The position numbers were made by a program, and so were the translations under genes. The notes under the pieces are model-generated. The model made no database searches. It saw nothing but the letters and a program-made list of their open reading frames with translations, and had not been told where the DNA came from. Shown here piece after piece: positions 1 through 9,894 of a stretch of 64,000 nucleotides of DNA. This DNA comes from Alphaproteobacteria bacterium (lineage in GTDB: Bacteria; Pseudomonadota; Alphaproteobacteria; Bin95): the NCBI GenBank assembly GCA_965205265.1, contig CBDBGH010000003.1, positions 832,001 through 896,000 on the forward strand, in the 5' to 3' direction. How positions within the stretch are numbered: the first letter of the stretch is position 1; the number at the start of each line of letters is the position of its first letter.

Positions 1-776
1 CCCGACCCGTCGGGCCGGACGATGGAGATGCCGGGGTCCATCAGGGTGGCGACACAGATGTTCCCGGCCGCGTCCAGGGCCAGGCTGTCGAGCATGCGGT
101 AGCCGTGCGTCTGGTTCACCAGCCGCCCGCCATGCGGGCTCGGCCAGGGATGCTTCTTCAGCACGCCCGGAGCCTCGATGTCGAAGGCCCAGATGCGCCC
201 GGTCTGCGTCTCGGCGACATAGACCGCGCTGTCGTCGGGCGAGAGGCCGATGCCGTTCGGCGTGATGAGCGGGAAGGCCGCTTCGACGATGAGGGACCCG
301 TCCGCGCGGGCATAGTGGATGCCGGTGCGATCCCAGGTCCGATCCCAGTCGCGAACCTTGCCGAGATCGGTGAACCAGAAGCCGCCCTCGCCGTCGAACA
401 CAAGGTCGTTCGGGCTCTTGAGCCGGCGGCCCCCGCATTCGGTGTAGAGCGTCTCGACAGCGCCGGTGTCGAGGTCCACCGCCTCGATCCGGCCGCCGCT
501 GTAGTTCCGCCCCTGCCCGACGGGGCGCATCAGCCCGCCCGGCTCGTCGAGCCATTCATTGCCGCCATTGTTGCAGATATAAACCCGCCCGTCGGGCCCC
601 AGCGCCGCGCCGTTCGGCCCGCCGCCCGGCTCCGCCACGACCTCCTTGCGCCCGTCGGGATGGACGCGCGTCAACGTGCCGCGACGAATCTCGACAAGCA
701 GCACTGAGCCGTCCGGCATGGCGATCGGCCCTTCGGGAAACATCAGCCCGTCGGTGACGGTCCGCAATTCGGTCAT
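1..776 (-). CDS. SMP-30/gluconolactonase/LRE family protein (3' end runs off the window)
   Basis: Not in the ORF track; manual translation from ATG at 776 gives MTELRTVTDGLMFPEGPIAMPDGSVLLVEI...GGGPNGAALGPDGRVYICNNGG, the FPEGP/PNG beta-propeller motifs. Confidence 0.85.
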   Translation of the reverse strand, partial: MTELRTVTDGLMFPEGPIAMPDGSVLLVEIRRGTLTRVHPDGRKEVVAEPGGGPNGAALGPDGRVYICNNGGNEWLDEPGGLMRPVGQGRNYSGGRIEAVDLDTGAVETLYTECGGRRLKSPNDLVFDGEGGFWFTDLGKVRDWDRTWDRTGIHYARADGSLIVEAAFPLITPNGIGLSPDDSAVYVAETQTGRIWAFDIEAPGVLKKHPWPSPHGGRLVNQTHGYRMLDSLALDAAGNICVATLMDPGISIVRPDGS

Positions 777-819
777 GTCGGCTCCCGTGGCAGCGCGTTG
801 GGCCAATGGCGGCGGGCGC

Positions 820-1617
820 TCAGGCACCCCTGAAGACGGGCCGGCGCTTCTCCAGGAAAGCGTTGACGCCCTCAGCGTGATCGTCCGTCGTCATCGACAC
901 CGCCATATGCTCGCCCTCCCACTGCAATTGCTGCTCCATGGGCGTGTGGAAGGCGGTGTTGAACAACGACTTGGCCTGGGCATAGGCGACCGTCGGTCCG
1001 GCGGCCAGGCGTTCGGCGAGTGTCCGCGTCTCCGTCTCCAGATCGGCTGTCGGCACGACCCGGTTCACGATGCCGAGCTCCAGCGCGCGCTCCGCGCCGA
1101 AACGGTCGCCGAGCAGCGCCAGTTCCATGGCCTGCTTCATCCCGAGCGTCCGGGCGAGGAAATAGGAGGAGCCGCCGTCCGGGCTTGCGCCGATATGGCA
1201 ATAGGCGAGCGTGAAGAAGGCGTCGTCGGCGGCGATCGCCAGGCCGCAGGCCGCAACCAGCCCGAGGCCGAAGCCGGCGGCGGCGCCCTGGACGCTCGCG
1301 ATCACGGGCTTGCGCATCCGGCGGATGGCGAAGATCGGCAGATGGATCGCATGGATGCCCTCGACCACGACGCGCTTGCGGGTCTCCCTGTCGATTTCGA
1401 GGCGCTCCTGCATGGCGCGGATGTCGCCGCCCGCCATGAAATGCCCGCCCGCGCCGCGCAGCACCACGCAGCGCACGGACCCGTCATGCTCCAGGTCGCC
1501 GATGACGTCCCGCATGTCGATGCGCATTTGCGGACTGAGCGCGTTGCGCGCCTTCGGGTTGTTGAGCGTGACCCAGGCGATTCCCTTGTCGATCTCGCAA
1601 AGCACCGTGTCGCCCAT
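820..1617 (-). CDS. Enoyl-CoA hydratase/isomerase family protein
   Basis: TLNNPKARNAL, FMAGGDI, KPVIASVQGAAAGFG, EGVNAFLEKRRPVF crotonase motifs; start reset to MGDTVL. Confidence 0.9.
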   Translation of the reverse strand: MGDTVLCEIDKGIAWVTLNNPKARNALSPQMRIDMRDVIGDLEHDGSVRCVVLRGAGGHFMAGGDIRAMQERLEIDRETRKRVVVEGIHAIHLPIFAIRRMRKPVIASVQGAAAGFGLGLVAACGLAIAADDAFFTLAYCHIGASPDGGSSYFLARTLGMKQAMELALLGDRFGAERALELGIVNRVVPTADLETETRTLAERLAAGPTVAYAQAKSLFNTAFHTPMEQQLQWEGEHMAVSMTTDDHAEGVNAFLEKRRPVFRGA

Positions 1618-1684
1618 TTCGGCTTCTCCTTGTCTCGGGGCGGCCCAGATTGTAAGCGAGGCGGAACGCTTCGGGAAATCAGCG

Positions 1685-2887
1685 ATGCATCGGTACGGCG
1701 TGTTCGTCGTCATCGCCGGCGGCCTCGTGCTGGCATTCACCTTCGGGTCCCGCCAGTCCTTCGGCATCTACCTTGGCCCGATCAGTGCCGACCTCGGATG
1801 GTCGATTGCGGTCATGTCGTTCGCGCTCGCGGTCCAGAGCCTGTTCTGGGGGCTGAGCCAGCCTTTCTTCGGCTGGGTAGCCGACCGGTTCGGCACCGGC
1901 CGGACGCTGGTCATCGGCGCCGCGATCTATGCCGCCGGGCTGTTTTTCGCCAGCCGCATGGCAACCCCCGAAGGCGCTTATCTGTCGCTCGGTCTGCTTG
2001 TCGGCCTCGGCGCGGCCGGCTGCGGTATGCCCATCGTGATGACGGCCGTGGCGCGCACCTTTCCGAAGGAGCGCCATCCACTGGTCATGGCATTGACGGC
2101 AACCGGCGTTTCGCTCGGGCAGTTTTTCGTGACGCCGGCCGCGCCCGTCGTCATCGAGGCGTATGGATGGCGGGTCGGGCTGCTGGGCCTCATGGGCCTT
2201 GTCGGCCTTGTCGTGCTGCTGGCGATCGTGCTGCGGAGCCGGCCGGTGACAGCGGAGCGCGCCATGGAAGCGGAGCAATCGCTGCGCGAAGCGCTGACGG
2301 AGGCCTGGGGGCATTCCGGCTACCTGCTGCTGACCGCGGGCTTCTTCGTTTGCGGCTTCCATGTGCAGTTCATCGTGACGCATCTGCCGACTTTCATTGC
2401 GGAATGCGGACTGCCGGCCACCACCGGCGGCTGGGCAATCTCGGCAATCGGCATTTTCAACCTCATCGGCACGACGGCGGTGGGATTCCTCGGCAGCCGC
2501 TACCGCAAAAAATACCTGCTGAGCATCCTTTACGCCCTGCGCGCGCTCATGTTTGCGGTTTACGCCTTCACGCCCGTCACCACGACAACAACGCTCGTCT
2601 TCGCCGCCGGCCTCGGCTTGGCCTGGCTCAGCACGGTGCCGCTTACCTCGGCACTGGTCGGGCAGATTTTCGGCATCCGTTATCTGGGCACGCTGTTCGG
2701 CATCGTGTTTCTCAGCCACCAGGCCGGCTCGTTTCTCGGCTCCTGGCTCGGCGGCTATATTTTCGAGCTGACGGGCAGCTACGATACGGTCTGGCTCATC
2801 AATATCGCGCTTGCCCTGTTCGCCGCGATCATTCACCTGCCGATTGCCGACAAGCCTATCGAACGCCCGCTGGCCCAGCCGGCATAA
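1685..2887 (+). CDS. MFS transporter
   Basis: About 12 hydrophobic segments; GWVADRFG motif A and GFLGSRY repeat; start MHRYG. Confidence 0.9.
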   Translation: MHRYGVFVVIAGGLVLAFTFGSRQSFGIYLGPISADLGWSIAVMSFALAVQSLFWGLSQPFFGWVADRFGTGRTLVIGAAIYAAGLFFASRMATPEGAYLSLGLLVGLGAAGCGMPIVMTAVARTFPKERHPLVMALTATGVSLGQFFVTPAAPVVIEAYGWRVGLLGLMGLVGLVVLLAIVLRSRPVTAERAMEAEQSLREALTEAWGHSGYLLLTAGFFVCGFHVQFIVTHLPTFIAECGLPATTGGWAISAIGIFNLIGTTAVGFLGSRYRKKYLLSILYALRALMFAVYAFTPVTTTTTLVFAAGLGLAWLSTVPLTSALVGQIFGIRYLGTLFGIVFLSHQAGSFLGSWLGGYIFELTGSYDTVWLINIALALFAAIIHLPIADKPIERPLAQPA

Positions 2888-2959
2888 CAGGAAAGTGATT
2901 GGCGGCCGGGGCGTTTCCTGCGCATTTGTTGCGTCAAGATGTGCAAAGGAGTGCATGGC

Positions 2960-3928
2960 ATGCAGATCCTGAGACGACGGGGCTGGGAACTGCCCGAGAG
3001 CGAGGCGACGCCGGAGGCGGTATTCCGCGACAGGCGCCGCCTGATCCAGGCGGCGGCGCTGGGCAGCATCGCGGCCGCTGCGGGTCCGATAGCGGCGCGG
3101 GCGGCCACGACCGAAGCCGACCCGACCGCCGACCTCTATCCCGGGCCGCGCAACCCGGCCTATACCCTCGACCGGCCGCTGACGCCGGAGAAGGTCGCGA
3201 CGACCTACAACAACTTCTACGAGTTCGGCTCCAGCAAGGGCATCTGGAAGCGCGCGCGCGACAATCTGCGCATCCGCCCCTGGACCGTGCATCTCGACGG
3301 CGATGTGGAAAAGCCCATCGAGATCGGGTTCGACGACCTGGTGCGCAGGATGGGCGTCGAGGAGCGCCTCTACCGCCACCGCTGCGTCGAGGCCTGGGCG
3401 ATGGCGGTGCCGTGGTCCGGTTTCCCGATGGCGAAGCTGGTCGAGTTCGCGAAGCCGCTCGCCAAGGCGAAATATGTCCGCATGGAGACCTTCAACGACC
3501 CGGACATGGCATCGGGCCAGAAGGAGTTCTGGTATCCGTGGCCCTATGTCGAGGGCGTCACAATGGAAGAGGCCACCAACGACCTCGCTTTCATCGTCAC
3601 CGGACTTTACGGCAAGCCGGTGCCGGCCCAGAACGGCGCGCCGCTTCGTCTGGCGCTGCCGTGGAAATACGGCTTCAAGTCGATCAAGTCGATCGTCCGC
3701 TTCACCTTCACGGACGAGCGGCCCAAGAGCTTCTGGGAGAAGGTGCAAGGCCGCGAATACGGCTTCTGGGCCAATGTGAACCCGGAGGTGCCGCACCGGC
3801 GCTGGAGCCAGGCCACGGAACGCATGATCGGCACCGACGAGCGCCGCAAGACGCTGCTCTACAACGGCTATGGCGAGTTCGTGGCCCATCTCTACGAGGG
3901 AATGGACCAAAGGAAGCTCTTCTACTGA
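2960..3928 (+). CDS. msrP: Protein-methionine-sulfoxide reductase catalytic subunit MsrP (YedY)
   Basis: Tat-like RRRLI, YNNFYEFG, YRHRCVEAW (Mo-ligand Cys), QNGAPLRLALPWKYGFKSIKSI. Confidence 0.95.
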   Translation: MQILRRRGWELPESEATPEAVFRDRRRLIQAAALGSIAAAAGPIAARAATTEADPTADLYPGPRNPAYTLDRPLTPEKVATTYNNFYEFGSSKGIWKRARDNLRIRPWTVHLDGDVEKPIEIGFDDLVRRMGVEERLYRHRCVEAWAMAVPWSGFPMAKLVEFAKPLAKAKYVRMETFNDPDMASGQKEFWYPWPYVEGVTMEEATNDLAFIVTGLYGKPVPAQNGAPLRLALPWKYGFKSIKSIVRFTFTDERPKSFWEKVQGREYGFWANVNPEVPHRRWSQATERMIGTDERRKTLLYNGYGEFVAHLYEGMDQRKLFY

Positions 3929-3934
3929 GGACCG

Positions 3935-5314
3935 CTATTTCCCGTAGCGCCGGCGGAGCATGGCCATCGCGCCGCGGATGAACTGCGCTTCGCCGCCGCG
4001 GGGCCGGCCGGGCCGGTTCTCGCGGTTCCACGCCATCATGTCCACATGCGCCCAGGGAACGCCCGGCTCGATGAAGCGTTCCAGGAACAACGCCGCCGTT
4101 ATCGCGCCGGCAAGCGGCCCGTCGGACACATTGTTCATGTCCGCGACATCGCTGGAAAGCAGCTTGCGGTAGGGCTGGAAGAGCGGCATCCGCCAGACCG
4201 GGTCCTGCTCCGCCTCGCAGGATTCCAGCAGCGCGGCGGCCGCAGCGTCGTCATTGCAGAAGAGCGCCGGCAGGTCGGCGCCGAGCGCGGTCCGGGCGGC
4301 GCCCGTCAGGGTCGCGCAGTCGAGGATCAGGTCGGGTGATTCGCCGGAGGCCTCCGCCAGCGCGTCGCAGAGGATGAGCCGGCCCTCGGCATCCGTATTC
4401 CCGATCTCGACCGTCAGCCCCTTGCGCGTGCGGATCACGTCCATGGGCCGCATGGCATTGCCCGAAACGCTGTTTTCGACCGCCGGCACCATCAGCCGCA
4501 GCCGGACCGGCAGGGCAGCTGACATCACCATATGCGCGAGTCCCAGCATGTTCGCCGCGCCGCCCATATCCTTCTTCATCAGCCTCATGCCGGCAGGGGG
4601 TTTGAGGTCTAGGCCGCCCGTGTCGAAGCACACGCCCTTGCCGACGAGGGTGAGTTTCGGCCGGTCCGCTTCCCCCCAGACGAGGTCGATCAGCCTCGGC
4701 GCGACGGCAGCGGCGCGGCCGACGGCGTGGACGGTCGGGTAATTCGCGGCCAGCAGGTCATCGCCGACGATGGAGGAGACCCGCGCGCCGTGGCGGGTGC
4801 CGAGTTCCCGGACGGCGGCTTCCAGCCGCTCCGGCTCCATGTCGTTGGCAGGCGTATTGATGAGGTCGCGCACCATTGCCTGCGCCTCGACCGTCGCCAG
4901 CGCGGCGTTCCGGTCCGCATTCGCGGGCCAGACGAGGCTCGCATGGCCGCGGCCTTTGCTGTCGGAATAGGCATCGAACGCATAGCAGCCGAGTCCCCAG
5001 GCCGTCGCCGCCCGCGTCGCTTCCGCCGCGTCGAGATCGTTTTCGATGCGGAACGCGCCGCTGCGAAGCCTGCGCGGCAGGCCGCCCGGGGCCCACATGT
5101 CACCGGGCCCGTCCGAGCCGGCGAGCACGCGGGTCGGCCTGCCGTTCGCATCCGGGAGCACCAGCGCGCTGCCGGCTTCTGCCTCGAAGCCGTTGGCGGC
5201 CACCCAGTTGCATGCGGCAGGTGCTGCGCTCTCGAGCCAGCCTTGCAGGCTTTCCTTGTCCAGCATGAGGACGGGGATGGCATCGGGCGCATCGGCGAGA
5301 AAGATATCGCTCAC
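3935..5314 (-). CDS. Leucyl aminopeptidase (M17) family protein
   Basis: VGKGVCFDTGG, MKKDMGGAA, NTDAEGRL, ATLTGA; GTG start inferred. Confidence 0.93.
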   Translation of the reverse strand: MSDIFLADAPDAIPVLMLDKESLQGWLESAAPAACNWVAANGFEAEAGSALVLPDANGRPTRVLAGSDGPGDMWAPGGLPRRLRSGAFRIENDLDAAEATRAATAWGLGCYAFDAYSDSKGRGHASLVWPANADRNAALATVEAQAMVRDLINTPANDMEPERLEAAVRELGTRHGARVSSIVGDDLLAANYPTVHAVGRAAAVAPRLIDLVWGEADRPKLTLVGKGVCFDTGGLDLKPPAGMRLMKKDMGGAANMLGLAHMVMSAALPVRLRLMVPAVENSVSGNAMRPMDVIRTRKGLTVEIGNTDAEGRLILCDALAEASGESPDLILDCATLTGAARTALGADLPALFCNDDAAAAALLESCEAEQDPVWRMPLFQPYRKLLSSDVADMNNVSDGPLAGAITAALFLERFIEPGVPWAHVDMMAWNRENRPGRPRGGEAQFIRGAMAMLRRRYGK

Positions 5315-5336
5315 GGGTCGGTCGTCTCCTGCCGGC

Positions 5337-6710
5337 TCAGAATTCGTAGTGCTCGTCAGTGAGCAGGGCGTCGAGTTCCGGGTCGTCTTCGCCCGGCACA
5401 TGGACGACGGTGTAGGTGAAATCGTCGCGGTCGAGCGGCATGGTGGCGTCGAGACCGAGCTTGTCCGAGACGCCGTTGTCCGCCGAGGGGTCGAGCTTCG
5501 AGCCCTGGGCACGCGGAACGACGAACAGGTCGCGCGCGGCCTGGAAGCGCGTTGCCACCGCCCATTCCACCGCCGTCGGGTCGTGGACATCGACATCCTC
5601 GTCCACCACCGTCACCTGCTTCACATCGGCATGGGCGGCGAAGGCGGCCATGATGACATTGCGCCCCTGGCCTTCCTGCGTCTTCCGCAGCTTCACATAG
5701 AGGTGGTAGCGGCACACCCCGCCGCGCGAGAGATGCACGTCGAGCACGGTCGGGCAGGTGCGCTGCAGATGCGCCGCGATGGTGGCCTCGCGCGGGATCG
5801 CGCCAAGCAGAAGATGCTCCATCGCCGCCGGCACGATGGTGTGGAAGATGGGTTTCGCACGCGTCGTGACCGCCTGCACCTCGATGGCCGGGTGCTTGCC
5901 GGCAGGCCCGTAATATTGCGGGAACTCTCCGAACGGCCCTTCGGTCTCGCGCACGCCCGGCAACAGGCGTCCCTCGATGACGATCTCGGCGCCGGCGGGC
6001 ACGCGCACCTCGTTGGTCGCGCATTTCACCACATCCAGCGGTGCGCCGTGCAGCGCGCCCGCGACCTCCAGCTCGTCATGGTCGACAGGCAGGATCGCCT
6101 GGCTGGCGAGCAGGGTCAGCGGGTCGACGCCGACCGCAACGGCTACATCGAGCGGTTCCTCGGCCGCTTCGGCGGCAGCGAAGAAATGATGCAGGTCCCG
6201 CGGCAGGATGAGAATGCCCATCCGCCTCGGCCCCGTGATCTGAAGGCGGTTGATCGAGACGTTCTGGATGCCGGTTGCCGGGTTGCGCGCGATGACGAGC
6301 CCGGCGGAGATATAGGCCCCGGCGTCGAGCGCATTGTGCTTCGGGATCGGAAGCGCGGCGGTGAGGTCGGGGCTGCGGTCGATGCGTTCCTGGCACGCGC
6401 CGTCGGCCACCTCCCGCCAGGGGAGCGGCTGCTCTGCCGCGGCCCGGAACCGGTCGAGCACCGCGCCGGGCTCGACGCCCATCGCCTCGGCAATCCAGCC
6501 CCGGTCCGAGACGAGGCCCGAGACGACCGGGATCTCGTGGCGGCGGCCGTCGAGGCCGAGCGGTTCGGGGAACAGCACTGCCTTGCGCGCGTCCCACCGC
6601 TTGGCGAGCGCGGCGAGGGTGAAGTCCAGCGAAACCCCCGGCCGGGCAACGGCGAGCCGGTCCGTGGCCTGCAGCCGGCCGAGCCAGGAACGGAGGGTGC
6701 GGTAGGTCAT
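5337..6710 (-). CDS. UbiD family prFMN-dependent (de)carboxylase
   Basis: AEIVIEG, EGPFGEFPQYYG, VVDEDVDVHDP, VEWAVATR, LDPS, KLGLDAT. Confidence 0.92.
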   Translation of the reverse strand: MTYRTLRSWLGRLQATDRLAVARPGVSLDFTLAALAKRWDARKAVLFPEPLGLDGRRHEIPVVSGLVSDRGWIAEAMGVEPGAVLDRFRAAAEQPLPWREVADGACQERIDRSPDLTAALPIPKHNALDAGAYISAGLVIARNPATGIQNVSINRLQITGPRRMGILILPRDLHHFFAAAEAAEEPLDVAVAVGVDPLTLLASQAILPVDHDELEVAGALHGAPLDVVKCATNEVRVPAGAEIVIEGRLLPGVRETEGPFGEFPQYYGPAGKHPAIEVQAVTTRAKPIFHTIVPAAMEHLLLGAIPREATIAAHLQRTCPTVLDVHLSRGGVCRYHLYVKLRKTQEGQGRNVIMAAFAAHADVKQVTVVDEDVDVHDPTAVEWAVATRFQAARDLFVVPRAQGSKLDPSADNGVSDKLGLDATMPLDRDDFTYTVVHVPGEDDPELDALLTDEHYEF

Positions 6711-6777
6711 GCGGAAAGGCGTCCTCCAGCCGGATTGCGCATGTTAGCCGACAACGGTTTCATTGCGCTCATACGGG

Positions 6778-7653
6778 TCAGCCCCGGCGCGCGGCGACGG
6801 CTTCGGCGAGCGCGACCGTCCGTTTCGCCATTTCGACATGCAGGTTCTCGATCAGCCGCCCGTCCACCACGACGACGCCCCGGCCGGCCGCCTCCGCTTC
6901 GCCGTGGGCGGCGATGATCCGCTCCGCCTCGGCAAGGGCGTCGGGACCGGGCGAAAAGGCATCATTGCAGGGACCGACCTGTTTCGGGTGAATCAGCGTC
7001 TTGCCGTCGAAACCGAGTTCGGCCCCCTGGCGGCAGGCGGCGGCGAATCCCTCGTCGTCGGCGAAGTCCAGATGGACCCCGTCCAGGACGGCGAGGCCGT
7101 GCGCGCGCGCCGCCAGCAGGCAGAGGCCGAGCCCGGTGATGAAGGGCAGCCGGTCCGGCGTGTGGGCGGCGCCAAGCTCCTTGGCGAGATCGGACGTGCC
7201 CATGACCAGGGCGGCGAGGCGGTGGCCGGCCCCGGCGATGGCGTCCGCGCGGAGCATGGCGAGCGGCGTTTCCATCATGGCCCAGACGGCCATGCCGGCA
7301 GGAGCGCCTTGCCGTTCGAGCAGGGCGGCGGCCTGGCGGACCGTCGCCTCGCTTTCGACCTTCGCCAGCAGCGCCGCATCCGCGCCCGAGCCGGCGATGG
7401 CCGCGAGGTCGTCATGCCCCCAGGGCGTATCGAGGCCGTTGGCGCGAATGACGATCTCGCGCGGGCCGTAGGCTCCCGAACGCGCCGCCGCCACCGCCTG
7501 CGCGCGGGCCGTTTCCTTTGCATCGGGGCTGACGGCGTCTTCGAGGTCGAAGATCAGCACGTCGGCCGGCAGCGTCTTCGCCTTCTCCAGCGCGCCGGCG
7601 CGGGAGGCCGGCATGTAGAGGGCGCTGCGGCGCGGCTTGACGGCTTGGGGCAT
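6778..7653 (-). CDS. CitE/HpcH-HpaI family CoA-ester lyase (malyl-CoA thioesterase-like)
   Basis: PRRSALYMPA, FDLEDAV, METP, GTSDL, LGFDGKTLIHPKQ. Confidence 0.9.
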   Translation of the reverse strand: MPQAVKPRRSALYMPASRAGALEKAKTLPADVLIFDLEDAVSPDAKETARAQAVAAARSGAYGPREIVIRANGLDTPWGHDDLAAIAGSGADAALLAKVESEATVRQAAALLERQGAPAGMAVWAMMETPLAMLRADAIAGAGHRLAALVMGTSDLAKELGAAHTPDRLPFITGLGLCLLAARAHGLAVLDGVHLDFADDEGFAAACRQGAELGFDGKTLIHPKQVGPCNDAFSPGPDALAEAERIIAAHGEAEAAGRGVVVVDGRLIENLHVEMAKRTVALAEAVAARRG

Positions 7654-7702
7654 GAAGGCGGATTCCTTGTGCGGGCGAGTCGTCGGCAACAGGGCGGACA
7701 TC

Positions 7703-8503
7703 ATGCACATTCTATCGATCCAGTCCTCGGTGGCGCGCGGTTTCGTCGGCAACCGCACGGCCGTCTTCGTGCTCCAGCGCCTCGGCCATCGGGTCACCTG
7801 CATCGATACGGTCGCCTATTCCAACCATCCCGCCCATGGCGGCTTCCGGGGCGAGGTGCATCCGGCGGAAAGCATCGACCGCATCGTGAGCGGGCTCGCG
7901 GAGCGCGGTTTCCTGGCGGACATCGATCTCGTCCTTTCCGGCTATCTGGGCTCGGCCGCCAATGCGGAAGCGGTGGCGCGCACGGTGGACCGCGTCGGCG
8001 CGCCCTACCTGCTCGACCCGGTGATGGGGGACGATCCGAAGGGACTGTTCGTGGCCCCCGACCTGCCCGATGCGATCCGGCGCGAACTGCTGCCGAGGGC
8101 CGCGGCCGCAACGCCCAACCGCTTCGAGCTTTCCCTGTTCGGGGCCCGCGAGGTGGACGGGCCGGCGCGAGCCGCCGAGCTTGCCGCCGGGCTCGGGCCC
8201 TCCCTCGTCGTGGCGACGAGCGTGCCGGCGGGGGAAGGGCGGATCGCCTGTGTCGGCGTATCGCAGGGTGAGGCCCGGCAGGCCGCAGTGCCGCGCATCG
8301 CGCATCCTGGTTACGGGGCGGGCGACCTGTTCGCGGCGTTGTTCGCGGCCCGGTGGCGGGAAGGCTGGGCGGAGGCCATGGCGCTCGCCGCCGGCACCGT
8401 CCACGCCACCATAGCCCGCTCGCCGGGGCGCGACCTCGATATCGTGGGAGCGCAGGCCCTTTTCGCCGACCCGCCGCCCCCGCCGCCGCTGGAGGCGGTC
8501 TGA
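7703..8503 (+). CDS. pdxY: Pyridoxal kinase
   Basis: ILSIQSSVARGFVGN, SNHP, LSGYLG, DPVMGD, TPNRFEL, GAGDLF. Confidence 0.88.
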   Translation: MHILSIQSSVARGFVGNRTAVFVLQRLGHRVTCIDTVAYSNHPAHGGFRGEVHPAESIDRIVSGLAERGFLADIDLVLSGYLGSAANAEAVARTVDRVGAPYLLDPVMGDDPKGLFVAPDLPDAIRRELLPRAAAATPNRFELSLFGAREVDGPARAAELAAGLGPSLVVATSVPAGEGRIACVGVSQGEARQAAVPRIAHPGYGAGDLFAALFAARWREGWAEAMALAAGTVHATIARSPGRDLDIVGAQALFADPPPPPPLEAV

Positions 8504-8708
8504 CGCCGCCGGCCGGGTCCCGGAACCGACAAACCGCGGCCCGAATCCGGCAGAGGTGGCGCGGCAGGGCTGCGAAGACCCATCGGGCATGTCATGAGAT
8601 GTCATGTTCGGGGCTCATATAGTCAGGTTGACAACAGGTTTGCGAGGCTTCGCACTTTCTCTCCGGCGCTACGCACGGGTGCCCCCTCCGTCATGCCCGG
8701 ACTTGTTC

Positions 8709-9215
8709 CATTGCTGTCCGGTTCAGCCATTGGGTGAGGCTGAACGGGGGTCCGCCGGGGGTTTCGGGGGCGCGCGGCGTCTGCGATCCGCCCCTTGCCC
8801 GTGAGGCTCGAACGCCCCCCTTCGGCAGGCTCAGGGCAGGCTCTTTCGTCATACCCGGACTTGTTCCACGGCTGTCCGGTTTAGTCATCGGGGGGAGCCG
8901 AACGGGGTGTCGGGAGCGCACTGCGTCTGCGATCCGCCCCTTGCCCGTGAGGCCCCAACGCCCTCCTTCGACAAGCTCAAGACAGGCTTCTCCGTCATAC
9001 CCGGACTTGTTCCGGGTATCCACACGGCCGCCCGGCTGAGCCGCTTGAGAGAGATACCCGGAACAAGTCCGGGTATGACGATATGGGGCGGGTATGACGA
9101 TGTGAGGGTAGGGACGCCGGGCGTCGATCCGGGTCCCGGTCCCGCCGAACCCCTCGAAACCCGGTTGAATTCGAGCCATACGTCCTGTCCATAAAATCTA
9201 AACCGGACAGCAATG
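8709..9215. mobile_element. Non-autonomous TIR element (MITE-like) inserted in a REP-like palindrome
   Basis: 18-bp TIRs CATTGCTGTCCGGTTCAG (8709-8726) and CTAAACCGGACAGCAATG (9198-9215), 1 mismatch; 9-bp direct repeat GACTTGTTC at 8700-8708 and 9216-9224; no transposase ORF inside. Confidence 0.75.
8993..9080. repeat. REP-like palindromic repeat (intact copy)
   Basis: Perfect 28-bp inverted repeat CGTCATACCCGGACTTGTTCCGGGTATC (8993-9020) / GATACCCGGAACAAGTCCGGGTATGACG (9053-9080). Confidence 0.9.
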
Positions 9216-9894
9216 GACTTGTTCCGGGCATCCCTCTCGACCGCTTCCGCCGGGCTGCAGCATGGATGGCTGGAACGAGTCCGGCCATGATGGAAGAAGT
9301 GTTGGCGGCCTCCCCATCCACCTGTCCACACAAGCTCCTCATGTTTTGTCATGAGGTCCGGCGGATGGAGACACTGTGCGATGTGTCATGATCTGCCAGT
9401 AGGAAACATAATTTATTTTGTTTTCAACGAGTTGCAAATGTATGGATTGAATTCGTCTTCATAGCGCAAGCGGATTCGATCAATCTCCGGTCGAGCCTTG
9501 TCAGATCCGGTCTGTCAGCCTGTGACGGCTATCGTGGCCGACTGTCACCAGTATTCGTGCGAGGCCGACAATTGGCAGCCTGCGGCAGTACGCCCTCAGG
9601 CTCGGTGATGCATACCGTGCCTTGCAGGTAGCAATGACCATAACCGAGTTTCTGGTTCGAACGAAGATCGTAGCGGTGCGCCACCCCCAAATTATCTGTC
9701 GCCTCCGTCTCAGGCGCTCCGGTGCCAATCGACGCGCCTTAACTCTTCCGAACAACGACCGTGCCCCTTCAGTCGGCGCCGATCTTGAAAAGCCGTCGAA
9801 CCCGTACCTGCTGCCCATGCGATCGGGAGCGTCCCCGCTGCCGGTTGAGGGGCACAATTCGCTATCGGCAGGCATACCCCTGCGGCTTGAACGG

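Noticed and set aside
8689-9293. Possible CRISPR array (recurring ~20-28 bp repeat)
   Set aside because: Spacing is ~150 bp, the intervening sequences resemble each other, copies occur inverted, and no cas genes are present; it is a REP/MITE composite.
8691-9352. ORFs of 95-162 aa across the repeat cluster (VIPGLVPGI-type peptides)
   Set aside because: Translations of the palindromic repeat itself, not credible proteins.
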